Shown here piece after piece: positions 41,211 through 54,554 of a stretch of 64,000 nt of DNA (position 1 is the first letter of the stretch; every line of letters starts with the position of its first letter). Where the stretch lies: the NCBI RefSeq assembly GCF_006345805.1, contig NC_043005.1, forward strand, positions 79,360,001 to 79,424,000. Direction: 5' to 3'. The notes beneath the pieces are model-generated. The model was not told the origin of the DNA, searched no databases, and was given only the letters and a program-made list of their open reading frames with translations. Both the position numbers and the translations under genes were made by a program. This DNA is from Octopus sinensis (taxonomy: Eukaryota).

Positions 41211-41497
41211 GGTACTGTTTCGGTTACGACAGCGAGGGTTCCAGTTGAACAGCCTGCTCGTAAAATTAACTTCTAATTGGATGAGTCCCCAACAGACAAG
41301 TGTACTTTTAATGTATTCCTAAAGGCATTCAGCATGACACAGAATGAGGCAAGGACGGCCATTTGAATTACCAATACTACTTCTTTTAGCCATTTGACAG
41401 GACTGGAGCAATTGAAAGGGAAACAACGTATCACCGTGAATCGAGCCCAGAAATTTATGATCTTGAGCCGAATACTTTAATCATTAAGCCACGCGTC
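41211..41497 (-). mobile_element. SINE with D-type head and C-type tail, diverged
   Basis: Reverse complement: GACGCGTGGCTTAATG...TTGCTCCAGTCC...GAGCAGGCTGTTC...GTAACCGAAACAG. Confidence 0.75.
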
Positions 41498-41711
41498 TTT
41501 ACTATCAAAGGTAATGAAATACATTAAAGAAAATACCTCGCATATTCAAGCTAAACTCCATAGCATATATGAACTCAACCTTACAGGTTATTTTCCTACC
41601 TTAGCAATACTTACAACGTTGAGTGAAACCTTTCGTCTTTTTGTCCTTTGTATTTAATAAACAGAGAGAATATGATATCTCACGGACTCTTTTAATTAAT
41701 TTTTATTTCAC

Positions 41712-42510
41712 AAAGGCGGCGAGCTGATAAAATTTCTAGCACGCCGGGCGAAATGCCTTAGCATTTACGTTCTGTCTTTACGTTCCGAGACCAAATTCCG
41801 CCAAGGTCGACTTTACCTTCCATCCTTTCGAGGGGCGATAAATTAAGTACCTGTTGCGCAACGGGGTCGATCTAATCGACTGGCTCCCTCAGCAAAGATT
41901 TCGCATCTTGTGCCTAGAGTAGAAAAGAAGCGTTAGCATGTCGGGCAAAATGCTTAGCACTATTTCGTCTGTCTTTAGGTTCTGAGTTCAAATTCCGTCG
42001 AGGTCGACTTTGTCTTTCATCCTTTCAGGGTCGATTGAATAAGTACCAGTTACGTCCTGGGTTCGATATAATCAACGTAATCCGTTTGTCTGTCCTGCTT
42101 TGTCCTCTCTGTGTTTAGCCCCTTCTGGTTAGTAAAGAAATAGGTATTTCGTCTGTCTTTATGTTCTGAGTTCAAATTCCACTGAGGTCGACTTTGCCTT
42201 TCATCCTTTCTGGGTCGATAAATTAAGTACCAGTTGCGCACTGGGGTCGATCTAATCGATTGGCTCCCTCAGCAAAGATTTCGGACCTTGTGTATAGAGT
42301 AGAAAAGAAACGTTAGCATGCCGGGCAAAATACTTAGCAGTATTTCTTTTCTCTTTACGCTCTGTGTTCAAATTCCGCCGAGGTTGACTTTCCCTCTCAC
42401 CCTATCGGGGTCGATAAATTAAGTACCAGTGAAACACTGGGTTCGATGCAATCGACTAGTCGCCTTCCTTAAAATTTTCAGGGGCTTGTGCCTAGAGTAG
42501 AAATAGTATT
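41712..42510 (+). mobile_element. SINE-B head-to-tail tetramer
   Basis: Four cores joined by junctions AGTAGAAAAGAA(G/A)CGTTAGC and AGTAAAGAAATAGGTATTTCGTC. Confidence 0.93.
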
Positions 42511-43051
42511 TATTTCAGAAACTTTTCTTACTTTCACATACTGGGCAAGTGGTTTCTACTATAGCCTCGACTAAAGGCGGTGCTCCACCATGGCCGCAGT
42601 CAAAATGACTGAAACAAGTATAAGAGTAAAAGAGTATAGGAACGAAAGCCTTTTTCATTTGTTTCTGTTTATCCGTATGCCAGTACGTTGTGTTCTTGAG
42701 CAAGACACTTTATTTTCACATTGCTCCAGTCCACTCGGCTGGCAAAAATGTGTTGTACCTGTACCTCAAAGGACCAGCCTTGTGTTACATTGTGACACCC
42801 TTAATCTTGGGAGTGGAACACGTGAAAGAGCAGAAGAAAATAACATTCTATAATCTGCCAGAATTCCAAGAAAGATTCCCGAGATTTGAGGAGACATCAA
42901 TTATCAAACCTCCATACAACATACCTTTTAATTAAATTAGCATATAGCTTTATAATGATGATGATGATGATGACTTCTGTACTACAAGCACAGAGCCTGA
43001 AACTTTTGAGTAGGGAGCTAGTCGATTATTATTAATATTATTATCATTATA

Positions 43052-43084
<33 letters not shown>

Positions 43085-43224
43085 ATTTTATTATTATTGA
43101 GTGAGAACAGCGCATGTCATCAAAGTGAAGGAGGGGTACAAATGTACTTCCTTACTACTCCTGTTTGTGGTCAGAGATACACATATCGCTAGCCATTAAG
43201 AGGCATGGTCAGCTGGTAAAGGTC

Positions 43225-43989
43225 AAGCAACTGTTTGCTGTAGCCCGGCCGGAGGATAACCAAAGATACTGGATGAAGTATTTGAAAGGGCTCGATGAAG
43301 TGAAAGCAGAACAGCTCGGTCAGTGATTGTTACAGGAAGACTCAGTACCCAGAAGGGTGACAAAAGGAAAGACATTGTTACGTATTAAGGGGAACATTGT
43401 ATTCAACTTTTGACCAATAATGTGTATCTCGCTAGTGTGGAAACTGCTTTTAGATGTTTTGACCACTGAATTGTATCGATACTTCGAAAAATAGGGGGAC
43501 TGCTCCCGATTGAACAGAAAGGGTGTCGAAAGAAGAGTGAAATATTGAACGATTAGCTGTTAATTGACAATCGCAATACAAAGCACACAAGTCTGAGCAT
43601 GGCATGGATTGATTATCGTAAAGCATATGATATGATACTGCACACTTGAGTAACAAGAACTATGGAAATGTAAAGAGTAGCAGAAAACAAAAGCCCAATA
43701 TATAATAGTATGAAATTTTGGAAAACCGAATGCACAGCAGAGAAGTGAAAATCGGGACAGGAATCTTCCATAGGGACAGTGTATCCTTACTGGTCCTTAT
43801 GCTGAGAATGAATTTCGAGTGGGAAATACTGCAGAAGACAAAGATGTTGTATTATCTGGGAAGTATTAAAGGAAAGCTTAATCATCGATGATTTGAAATT
43901 GTTCAGAAAAGTGACACAGAACTGAACAGTCTAGTCCATTCTGTGCAGACTGACTTGAATGATAAAAGATGGTGAGGGACTAAAATTAG

Positions 43990-44087
<98 letters not shown>

Positions 44088-44334
44088 GGAGACTCATCAA
44101 TACAGTTTTAATGTCAAAGCCACTACTCGTCTGTCTTATCGATCTTCAGACAATGTGTTTCAAATTAAAATTTGAAACTGACTTGAACGAAGTCCACCTG
44201 AGATTGTCGATCAAGACATTGTGTGCTTTGTTTTGACAGTATGATTAAGTCTTTCCTTGTTTGTTTTGCAAATAGTGTTTGTCTCTAATTACTATAAAAG
44301 GATGAAATCTGAGTAAATTGGATATCCCTATAAT

Positions 44335-44424
<90 letters not shown>

Positions 44425-45205
44425 CGTAGGAGTGGCTGCGTGTAAGTAGCTTGCTTACAAACCACATGGTTCCGGGTTCAGTCCCACCGCGTGACACCTT
44501 GGGCAAGTGTCTTCTATTATAGCCTCAAGCCGATTAAAATGGAAATTTAAGGAAGCCTGTCGTATATATATGTGTATTTATGTGCATATGTTTGTGTGTC
44601 TGTGTTTGTCCCCGGATTTAGATACCTGAGCATCTTTGAGGCTGATGGAATTACGCATGATGATATGAAAGGTAACATGAAAAATTTTTTAAATTCTGCA
44701 GCGTTTGATATTAAATTCAAAGCTGAATACCATAAACATAGCTTCCGCAGTATAACTCTCGCGCGGTTGCTTTGATTCGGTGTGGAGCTACAATTATAAA
44801 TTGGAAAGAGATATAAAAGTTGGAGAGGAAGACTAAAGAAGCACCTAATCGTACATGGAACCCATTACCTATGTGCGGACTTGGATAATCTATAAAGGGA
44901 GAGAGCAAATCTTGAAAGGGATACGTTATGTGTGGAAGACTGCGTACAAATTGAACATAGAACTTTGCTTAGATATCTAACCCAAACTGAGGAAGCCTTC
45001 TTAGTGGCAGTTCGAGATGAAGGCATATTGAAAATAGCATAAAGAACAGAACAAAACAAGAAGTATAAGAAGGTCATGAAGATACTACTTGACGAGAGAC
45101 TACGCAATCAATTCTATGTAGTGAGAAGTGAAGTTGCTGAACAAACAAAGGTGGGACTGGTTAAGGAAAGAAAGATTTAAAAGCGACTGAGAGCTCCATA
45201 TGTAT
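43225..45205 (+). mobile_element. R4/Dong-clade non-LTR retrotransposon RT relic, interrupted
   Basis: VTKGKTLL...PIMCISLVWKLL...LLPIEQKGCRK...LLID...SLSMAWIDYRKAYDM...GIFHRDS...DDLKLF. After the insertions it resumes FRYLSIFEADGI...VEDCVQIE...WDWLRK. Confidence 0.85.
44422..44612 (+). mobile_element. SINE family A head inserted in the R4-like relic
   Basis: AGGCGTAGGAGTGGCTG...CACATGGTTCCGGGTTCAGTCCC...GACACCTTGGGCAAGTGTCTT (CORE-like motif). Confidence 0.9.
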
Positions 45206-45244
45206 GGAGCTCAAGTATATATCCTTGATTACATGACTTCTTAA

Positions 45245-46310
45245 AAAAAAAAAACCAAGCGGTGGTAGTCGATGCGTTACTCTTCAGAGTGGCGTTAATA
45301 GCAGTGGAGTGCTTCTGGGAACTTTTCGGGATCGCTGCTATTTCTGAGGGCTCTCTTGGACATGTCATTATTTATACAGACAGCTACATTTACTATCAAT
45401 GATGACGACACAAAATTATCACAAGTAGTCAAGGACCTGCTCGTTGCAATTTTCTACAGAAAATCCTAGATGGCATATAAAAATGGGCTGTAGAAAACAA
45501 CATGCGATTTAAAGCAGGAAACTTACAACTTCTCCACTACCAAAAAACTTGTGCTAACACGCCGCCACAAAGATTCTATAGAGCAAAAAGGACCGGCAAT
45601 CCCTTGGTCAAAAGCAGTACATGACCAGAATTAACATGAGCAACGATGCCTCGTTCCGTGTACTCACCACTAAGATGAATAGTACAAGCAGGAGAATGAG
45701 AAATTTCACAAGAGACCAGTCAATGATGCTGGCCCTATGGAGGACATTTGTCACCAGCCGTCTGAACTACGTTCACACCACAGGCATCATAATTAATAAC
45801 GGTATACCAAGAAGATTGCATCAGTAAAAATTTGACCTACTGAAAGTGACTTACGACTCTACTCTGTTGATCGATGGCGGGAGAGACATGCAGTGATACA
45901 CATATGGGAGATGCTCGCGGAGCTGGCACCAGACTTTGGTATCTAAGGCTATACAATCTCCCAAGGAGGACGCCTCTGCACTGTTTCAAAGGTCCCTCCC
46001 ATTCCTTCAAGACTGAAAACCAGGAACTGCTATTGATTAGGATTCAATGCTTTTTCACCCAGCTATTCCATATGTTACCAAACAAATCTGAGATCTACAT
46101 AGAGTGAGGTAGATGTTTTCAACGAGCAAATTGATCTTCTACTGTTCAAGATCCCAGATAAGCTTGCAACACGGCTAGAATCTTCAAGGAGGACAACAAT
46201 TTTAGATATCTTTCTTCACAAAAAGCCATTGAATAGCGGTGCCCCAGCATAACCACAGCCATTTAGCTAAAATGCGTAAAAGTATAAAAAGTATATAAAA
46301 GTATATAAAA
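45245..46310 (+). mobile_element. Second CR1-type LINE RT C-terminal relic with (AAAGTAT)n-like tail
   Basis: NQAVVV...SGVLLGT/SGSLLFL...DDTKL...KWAVENNMRF...WRTFVTSRLNY...RERHAVIHIWEML. Confidence 0.82.
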
Positions 46311-46355
46311 GATTATACATGGTTTGAGTCAAACGTTTCGAAATTTTTCAATAAC

Positions 46356-46740
46356 TTGGCGGCGAGCTGGCAGAAACATTAGCGCGCCGGGCGAAATGCT
46401 TAGCGCTATTTCGTCTGCCACTACGTTTTGAGTTCAAATTCCGTCGTGGTCGACTTTACTTTCATCCTTTCGGGGTCGAGTAAATAAGTACCAGTTACGC
46501 ACTGGGGTCGATATAATCGACTTAATCCGTTTGTCTGTCCTGGTTTGTCCTCTCTGTGTTTAGCCCACTGTGGGTAGTAAAGAAATAGGTATTTCGTCTG
46601 ACGCTACGTTCTGAGTTCAAATTTCACCGAGGTCGACTTTGCTCTTCATTCTTTCGGGGTCGATATATGAAGTACCAGTTGATCTAATCGAGTGGCCCTC
46701 TTACCAAAGAATTTCAGGCCTTGTGCCCAGAGTAGAAAAT
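46356..46740 (+). mobile_element. SINE-B dimer (tail 1 then tail 2)
   Basis: Full head at 46357; junction AGTAAAGAAATAGGTATTTCGTCTG at 46576. Confidence 0.93.
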
Positions 46741-46865
46741 AATTTTTCCGTAACTTATTTGCTTTATTCTTCAGGTTACAAAAAAGCAGCGTAGCATTCA
46801 AAGCCGAGGCCATCTAGTTGCACCGACAGATTTCTATCATTTCTTTAATTCTACTCTGATACCAG

Positions 46866-46945
46866 TTCTTGTCTATCGAAGGGAAGAACTCCTTCACTGA
46901 AGATTCCACCTCTTCTTTGTATATCTTGCGTCACGAGCGAAGGGA
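46866..46945 (+). CDS. Candidate exon (two frames open)
   Basis: Strong pyrimidine tract ...CTCTGATACCAG and donor GGA|GTGAGC. Phase 0 reads FLSIEGKNSFTEDSTSSLYILRHERR. Confidence 0.3.
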
Positions 46946-47520
46946 GTGAGCCGAGAATCGGAATAAACAATAGACCGAGAGAGATAATATTGCAAAAACT
47001 TGACTCAACAACACACACACATACACACAGACACACACATACACACACGCACACACACGCACAAACACATGTTTATATAAGCATACCCACACATCCATGC
47101 TAATTTATCGCTTTTGTTTTGTCTCACTAAATTCTCTTTACATCCACCATTATATTATATTATCGTATTGTTCGTGTATAAAATGCATTACATATTTATA
47201 TTGTGTGTCAGGAAAAGATAAAGTCGGATATATAAAGATTATCAGATAGAAACAATGCGACAAGTCCAATCAATTTAGTGACCTTTCGTGTTCAGACGTG
47301 TCAATCAACAGGTGATTCGAATATAAGAACAAGGCCATATATGCGCGTAGGAGGAAATGATTGATTATATCGATGACAGTAGACTTCTTCTTTGATGTTG
47401 TAGTTCTTTGTTTCCGTTGTTGTTTTTGTTGTTGTTGCTTTTGACTGGCCAAAGAAGGAAAGATACAGCGCGTGACTGTTTGATCTTTGCTGGGCCTCCG
47501 TGCTGTGTAGAAGGTAAATT

Positions 47521-47816
47521 GGCAGTCCGTCGAATAAGACGACGAGGGTTCCAGTAGATCGGATCAATGGAACAGCCTGATTGTGAAATTAACGTGCAAG
47601 TGGCTGAGCACGCCACAGACGCGTGTACCCTTAACGTAGTTCTCGGGGCAAGACTGCCCCTTGGAAATGGAGGTACAACTCATTTTTGCCAGCCGAGTGG
47701 ACTGGAGCAACGGGAAATCAAGCGACTTGCTGGAGAACACAAAGCCCAGCCGGATACCGATCTCATTGCCTTACGATCGCGAGCCCATTACCCTAACCAG
47801 TAAGCCACATGCCTCC
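47521..47816 (-). mobile_element. SINE with D-type head and C-type tail
   Basis: Reverse complement head GGAGGCATGTGGCTTACTGGTTAGGG; tail GGAACCCTCGTCGTC as in family C. Confidence 0.85.
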
Positions 47817-47873
47817 GCCGTAGAATGTAAGAAAGAATGTGTCATTAGCCTGAAGACTGATTCAAAATGAAAT

Positions 47874-50101
47874 GTCTAAGAAGCATTATTAACGTTGGGA
47901 ATAATAGTTTAAAACTGAACGACACATTCGAGACATAACAATGTTAATTCAAATAGAAAGAGCAGACGACAGGGAAAAGGAGCGTAGAAAGAAAGAAATA
48001 TTGTAAATTCATGAACATTTAGATAATATTGAAATTAATTTGGTGAAGTCGAAATGAAATAAAAAACAACAGATATGTTGGAATATTTTATTCTAGAACA
48101 TACTAAATGACTCAAAAGGCCATGAAGTGATACTGAACATCATCACATCATCATTAATTCCTGGAGATATGTCGCGAGTCCTAGGAAGCATATATTTCAG
48201 AGAAGCACAAAGCAGGAATATCCTTCAAAGTAGGAGCATCTGACTTCAATGTGATTCTTGTAGGAACTCTGGTCACTTCGTAGAGGCCCCATGGAACCCT
48301 CCAATAGCGATGGTGTCCAGAACACTTGTGCGAGTCTCCTCTTTTTTTCTCTGTCAGCTTGAGAAACAACCAGAATCAAAAGGAGAGTTATCATGCTTAT
48401 CTTTGTCAAGAATTTGGTTATCAGGAAGGAATTGTGAACTGTTGTATTGTTCTGGTGTAAACGCTCCAGCCTTCTGCGACGAGGTTACTTCCTGAACTCT
48501 CTCAAAACCTCTACAAAGTACTCTTCGTTCAACACCATGTTAGACGGGACCCAGTAGATGTAGATGATACCCTTACTGTCGAAAAATGGGTCGTCCTGAG
48601 CTTCCCAGCATACTTGTTTTGCCTGGCCTTTTTATCAGAGAAAACTAAAAGTTTGTCTCGCACAAATAAGCAGTCTGGAGCATTTTATACTTTTCTTTCG
48701 CCTAATTTAACACAAATTATTTTTGCATAACGAGCTTCCAAATTATCTACGCATTCTGCAATCTATTCAGCTTTGTGAAGCAATGTTTAGTAGGGTGCGT
48801 CCAAAGTCTTGTTACAGCCGTCTCCTTCAACCTACAATAACAAAAGTTGGCAGGTCATTTTATTAGATGTATAGTAATGTTTTACTACAATTAAAATAGT
48901 TTAAGACAGTTATAGCTATCTCTCCTAAAAGAATTTCAAACTTTCTGAAAAGCATCTTGTAGTTACAACTGGAAATCGAACCCGTGTTAAGAATTTGGTC
49001 TGTTAAGAAGACACTTGGTCCACTATGGATTTTGTTACATTTTAAACAAGGTCATTCCAAAATCAAATCGATTAAAGTTTGAACCCAATACAGATTCCTA
49101 TATATTTTGTCGATTTCTCGATATTGTTTTCCATATTCTTCACTTTATAACTTCTGGAATAATTAATGGCATCTTCTTCAACATTACATGTAGAACTTGA
49201 AATCTTTTGAGCACCGAGGGAAATTTTCTGAGTAGTCTTAATCCATTTAGTTTTAGGTGAATATCTCAAGAAGAAAAGAAAAACCAAAAATATAATATTA
49301 TATAAAAAAAACTTGTCAGCCCGTTAACAGCAGCAACAACAGTCGTAGTAGTAGTAGCGGAAGCAGTGGTGTTAAACAGCAGGTGGTAATCAAATCACAA
49401 AGGAGATATGTAGACAAGAAAAATATATTAAATATACTGTGTTGTTGGAACAGAAAGCTTTTAAATATCTGAAATGCATTCCATTAACGCCAACTGATCT
49501 GGTGAAATAAGAAATACAAAGATATTTTTTAAAAAGGGGTAAAAAGAAGTATTAGGCTTGCTGTTGAATGAAAAGGTGAGTGGTTGTGGTTGAAAGAAAG
49601 AAAGGGAGTGAGATAGTGAAAGAAAAAGAAAGAGAGTAAAGGAGAAATATATTGTAGTGAGGTGAGGAGAAGGACGGAAGAATAGTTAGTTAGATAGCTG
49701 GCTAGAGAAAGCAAAAGAATTGATAACAGTATGGAAATAATGGAAAGGAGTTGTGGAAAAAAATGGAGGAGGATATTAGGGATAATGGGGAAAAATCAAT
49801 AAGTTTGAAGAATATGAATAAGAATGAAAAATTAGGAGGTGGTACTATATAAAACTGAAATGGAAAATATAAAGAAAAATAGGAAAAAAAAGTCTAAGAG
49901 GCATTGATAACGTTTGGAATAATAGTTTTTAAATTGAACGACACATACGAGATGTAACAATATTAATTCAAATAGAAACAGCAGACGACAGGGAAAAGAA
50001 ACACAGAAGGAAAGAAATATTGTAAATTCATGAACATTTAGATAATATTGAAATTAATATGGTGAAGTCGAAATGAAATAAGAAAGAAAGAGCAGATATG
50101 T
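47874..50101. repeat. ~205-bp direct repeat pair (47874-48078 and 49892-50101)
   Basis: Shared GCAGACGACAGGGAAAAG and AAAGAAATATTGTAAATTCATGAACATTTAGATAATATTGAAATTAAT; offset 2018 bp. Confidence 0.93.
48190..48600 (-). mobile_element. mariner (Mos1-like) transposase fragment
   Basis: PFFDSKGIIYIYWVP...NEEYFVEVLREFRK...HQNN-TVHNS...HIEVRCSYFEG. Confidence 0.85.
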
Positions 50102-51118
50102 AGGTATGTTTTTCTTTTCTTTTTTAAATAAATAGATTTCAAATTTAATTCAGTGAGATAAAATGCATATTTTTCGACAAAAAAGACAAAAAGGCGTAAA
50201 AGAAAAATGTCTCCATCCATGAATATATAATGGCTACTATGAAAAACACACAATAGGTGTAATAGTATGTGTCTGAGTGTGTGGCTGTGTGTGTGAGTGT
50301 GTGTGTGTGTGTATCTCTGTGTGTGTGTGTGTTGTGTAAAGTAAGTGTAAGATGTTTGAAAATATTCGTCAAAGAAAATGATTATGAGAAAAGTTAATGT
50401 AGCAGGCTTAATGAGATGTTATTGTTAGGAGGTATCGTTCTTCATAGGGCAGAGGACAACAGCTAAAAGGCAACAAGTCCCGTGGTACGCTTGCTGTGAA
50501 CCCCACACTGAGTGAATAACTGAATATAATATCCATATAAAGCAGATGTTGAACACAGTTTCTGCCACCTCGCTTGCAAGTACCTGAACTTGAACATGCA
50601 AGCTTACATACATCTACACGTGCATGAATACCTACCTACCTACCTACCTACATACATACATACATACATACATACATACATACAGACATACATAAATACT
50701 TACATACATACCTATCTACATACATACATACATACATATATACGTACATAGTGATTGTTCCTTCATTACAGTGGATTGACGTTTCTTTGTGCTTCCTTAT
50801 TGTCAATGGCATATCTGACATTCCTTCCATGACCTCTCAGTTGACTATTCACTCCCGTTGCAGATCTACTTGGCTTGAAGCATAGGTGAGAGACGAACGT
50901 TCTGAGTGTTTCAAACTGGATAGGTATTCACAGTCCGACCCTCTTCCTCGCCATAGGACATTCTGTGCATTGAATAACATATGAAAACTTCATAGAGACA
51001 ACCATACATCATTGGATTATAGTAGTAAACTTTGTACAACTCGAGTACCTCTATCTGAGTCTTCGTGATTAGTATCTAGTCATAAACCAAAGTGAGATGA
51101 TTAAGTAATCGCATGAGT

Positions 51119-51530
51119 AAGGCGGCGAGCTGGCCGAATCGTTAGCACGCCGGGCGAAATGCTTCACGCTATTTGTCTGTCTTTCCGTTCTGAGTTCAAA
51201 TTCCGCTGAGGTTCAATTTGTCTTTCATCCTTTTGGGGTCGATAAATTAAGTACCAGTTATACACTGGGGTCGATTAATCGACTTAATCCGTTTGTCTGT
51301 TCTTGTTTGACCTCTCTGTGTTTAGCCCCTTGTGGGTAGTAAAGAAATAGGCATTTCGTCTGTCTTTCCGTTCTGAGTTCAAATTCCGCTGTGGTTCACT
51401 TTGCTTTTCATCCTTTCGGGTCGATAAATTAAGTACCAATAATACACTGGGGTCGATCTAATCGACTCAATTCCTTTGCCTGTCCTTTTTGTCCTCTCTG
51501 TGTTTAGCCCCTTGTGGGTAGTAAAGAAAT
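51119..51530 (+). mobile_element. SINE-B dimer flanked by one TSD
   Basis: Flanks GATTAAGTAATCGCATGA (51099) and GATTAAGTAATCATATGA (51532). Confidence 0.93.
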
Positions 51531-52025
51531 GGATTAAGTAATCATATGAAACCACAGCCTTCACATCAGAATTTCCTCCCGTAGAAAGAGGTAGTGACAA
51601 TAGTAGGGAACTCTCAGACATAGTGACTTTACTGCGTACGCTGACATCAACAAAGGGTAATTCGGCGTCACCCGTGTTCATATATACATGCATAAATACA
51701 TACTGGCTGCAACTCGATTTCGAGCTATTTCATTGCTTCCTTGTTTTCTTAACATACTAAGGACGTGGCTTTTCTGTCTGGCTAGGAACCTGCACTATTC
51801 TACACAGATGTGGAACCTCTTAGTAGGTTTTCAGAGAGTTACCACCCACTCTGACACATGTAATTTATCATTCCATCAGGAAATTTTTCGTTCGGTGTTT
51901 TGTTCATAGGTAGACTAACCGTAGTACAAAACACGAAATGCAATTTTAAGAATCAAGCAATACCTGAAAAGTTTTGAAGTGAGGAAAGGGATCCCAACGT
52001 ATGCATTAGCCCTAAAAGTAATAGT

Positions 52026-52330
52026 GTGGAGGCACATGGCCTAGTGGTTAGAGTAGCGGACTCGCGGTCGAGGGATCGCTGGTTCGAATCTCATATCGGG
52101 CAACGTGTGTGTTTATGAGCGAAACACCTAATCTCCACGCGGCTCCGGCAGAAGGTAATGCCGAACTTCTGCTGACTCTTTCGCCACAACTTTCTCTCAT
52201 TCTTTCCTCCTGCATCTGGCAACTCACCTGCGACGGACAGGCGTCCCGTCCAGGTGGGCAACCTATACGCCAAGGAAACCGGGAAACCGGTCCTTATGAG
52301 CCAGGCGTAGTTCGAGAAGGAACAAACAAC
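52026..52330 (+). mobile_element. SINE family E, full length, 12-bp TSD
   Basis: A box TGGCCTAGTGG, B box GGTTCGAATCT. TSD AAAAGTAATAGT on both sides. Confidence 0.95.
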
Positions 52331-54492
52331 AAAAGTAATAGTCTACGTATCACTAGACATGACTGGTGTCGCTTGTGTGACACCAGAGTCGTCCTCTCTC
52401 TTAGAGATAGCAGTTGAATCTATTCGAGTCTATCTATTCCTTGACAGGTTTTGGTTTTCATGCTGCAGGGCCTTTGACGAAATCCACTCTTATCCCTGCA
52501 CTTCGTTACGTTAGTACATGTCCTTAAAAGCTAGAAGCAAGGATTCTCGAGTAAAGAGACCGAAGAACACGCAATTAGCATACGTATTCTATAAGTTAGA
52601 TAATAAACGCAGCGATAGCTTTCTTAAAGTTCGATATATGATAATTATTTTCTTGCTATTTACGTTTCAGCAGTAGATCTTTACTTTGTTTCTTAGAAGA
52701 ATTCTAATCAATATCAAATGTAATTAATTCCTGCATGTATACATACGTACATACATACATATATATACATACATATATATGTGTGTATTTCATCAAAAAT
52801 GACTGTGATGATTAATTTGACTGTGAGCATTAATTTATTTTAGTCGTTCGATTTTTTTCAATTGATCAATAGACGAATTGAGTAAGCCTATCAGTAATGT
52901 ACTTATAAAGGTTACTGGAAACAGCATATGTGTGTATGTGTGTGTGTTAGGTAACGCTTACAAAAGCTAACAAGACATATGGCTTAACAAAGAGTAAGGT
53001 ATTCGAACACTTTCTAAGAAAATGTACTGTTGTCGTTGTTATTGTTTTAAGCCCATGTTCAGCTCTCTCTGAGCACCCTTGTTACAACTGGCCTGTTACT
53101 CGTAGATATATCATTATTCTCTTGGAATTTTTGTATCTAGGACTACATTATCAAAATACATGTAGATCGCTTTCCTTTCAAGACAATACGTTACAATCTG
53201 AGGTAAATTTATTTTCCATTTACAACAAATAGAACGACCAGATTGAGGCTGCCTCGCTTCAATTTGTTTCTGCTTAAAGTGGATCCGTCCGTTCATTATA
53301 CGTCACAATTTTCACTAATTATATGATTTGTGTAGCATTGTTCCATCATTATGCCTTTGAATAATACCTGCCTTTCGAATACTCCGTTATCCACGAGCCA
53401 TTGAGGTTTGCAATCACATCTGTCTTTGAACCTCAAGCAACATTAAAACGACTTGATAGAAATTCTGAGCAATAATTTCAATGATTGAAACTGTCAGGAA
53501 GACATCAATATTAATCGATTAAATCTACCCTAGCAAGTTGACTGGCATTTCGTTTTACTTGTTTGTAAAGTGTAAAGAATATAGGTGCTTTTATTATACT
53601 TTTTTAATTGTGGCTAAGTAACAGAAGGTATAGAGAGTTAGGCATACGCTCAGGCGGGATCAATTTTCCTTTTATTCAATCTGGATACGTAAACTAATTA
53701 TAATTCATAGTGAGATCAATCGAATCAAATGCAAGCTTCCTATATATATTCGCCTACGTATGTCCATGTCAATGATCGATATTTCTGTCTGTCTTTAACA
53801 ACATTTGAATACAATGAATTCAAACCACACCGAGTTTTATTTACATTTAATCCCTCGGGGATCTTCGTTAATCGTTTTCGTAATATGGTGGGTCATATTA
53901 AACAAAAGCCGTTCTCTAATAGAAAGAAATAAAATCCTTTTAGTGGTAGATTAAAAGCCTTGCAGATACATCAATGAATAGTTTAGATTCTCCAACTTTC
54001 TCGTCATAAGTTTCTGGGTTCGATTCTCAGCATGGAACCTTGGCAACTATTTTTATTATAACCTAAAGTCTGTTCAAGCCTTACAAGTGAAATTATGTCG
54101 AGGGAAACTGTGTTGAAGCTCATTGGATTGAATTTAACAGTAAATCAAAGATCCAGCCTTGCCACTGGGTGTATAATTCTGATTCTGCTCAAAGGTAACC
54201 CTTTTCTTATCATATCTTCTTTGGAATACGTCGTGTTTTGTTTCAAGTTATATTGTAAAGAAAGGATAAATTGATATAACAATTTATGATTATTAAGATC
54301 GGAACTTGATGCAGCGAGATGGCAGAATCGTTAGCGCGCTGGACAAAGTGTTTAGCGACATTTCATCCGTGTTATAATATGAGTTCAAATACCGCCGAGG
54401 TTGACTTTGCCTTTCAGCTTTTCGACAGTACCGAAATACGAAAATAGAACAATATTTGTTTCAAAACATGACTTCACATCAGGAAGCTTTCA

Positions 54493-54549
<57 letters not shown>

Positions 54550-54554
<5 letters not shown>

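Noticed and set aside
41712-42510. CRISPR-like array of repeated units
   Set aside because: The units are 130-230-bp SINE monomers without unique spacers, in a eukaryotic context with no cas genes.
45245-45360. Pol III-like ncRNA ending in poly-T on the minus strand
   Set aside because: The plus strand translates as the SGVPQG region of the adjoining CR1-type RT.
47874-50101. Mutually exclusive duplicated coding exons
   Set aside because: The shared frame (RHIRD...ADDREK...KEIL*) is short, ends in a stop, and is shifted by a 1-nt indel relative to the putative acceptor.
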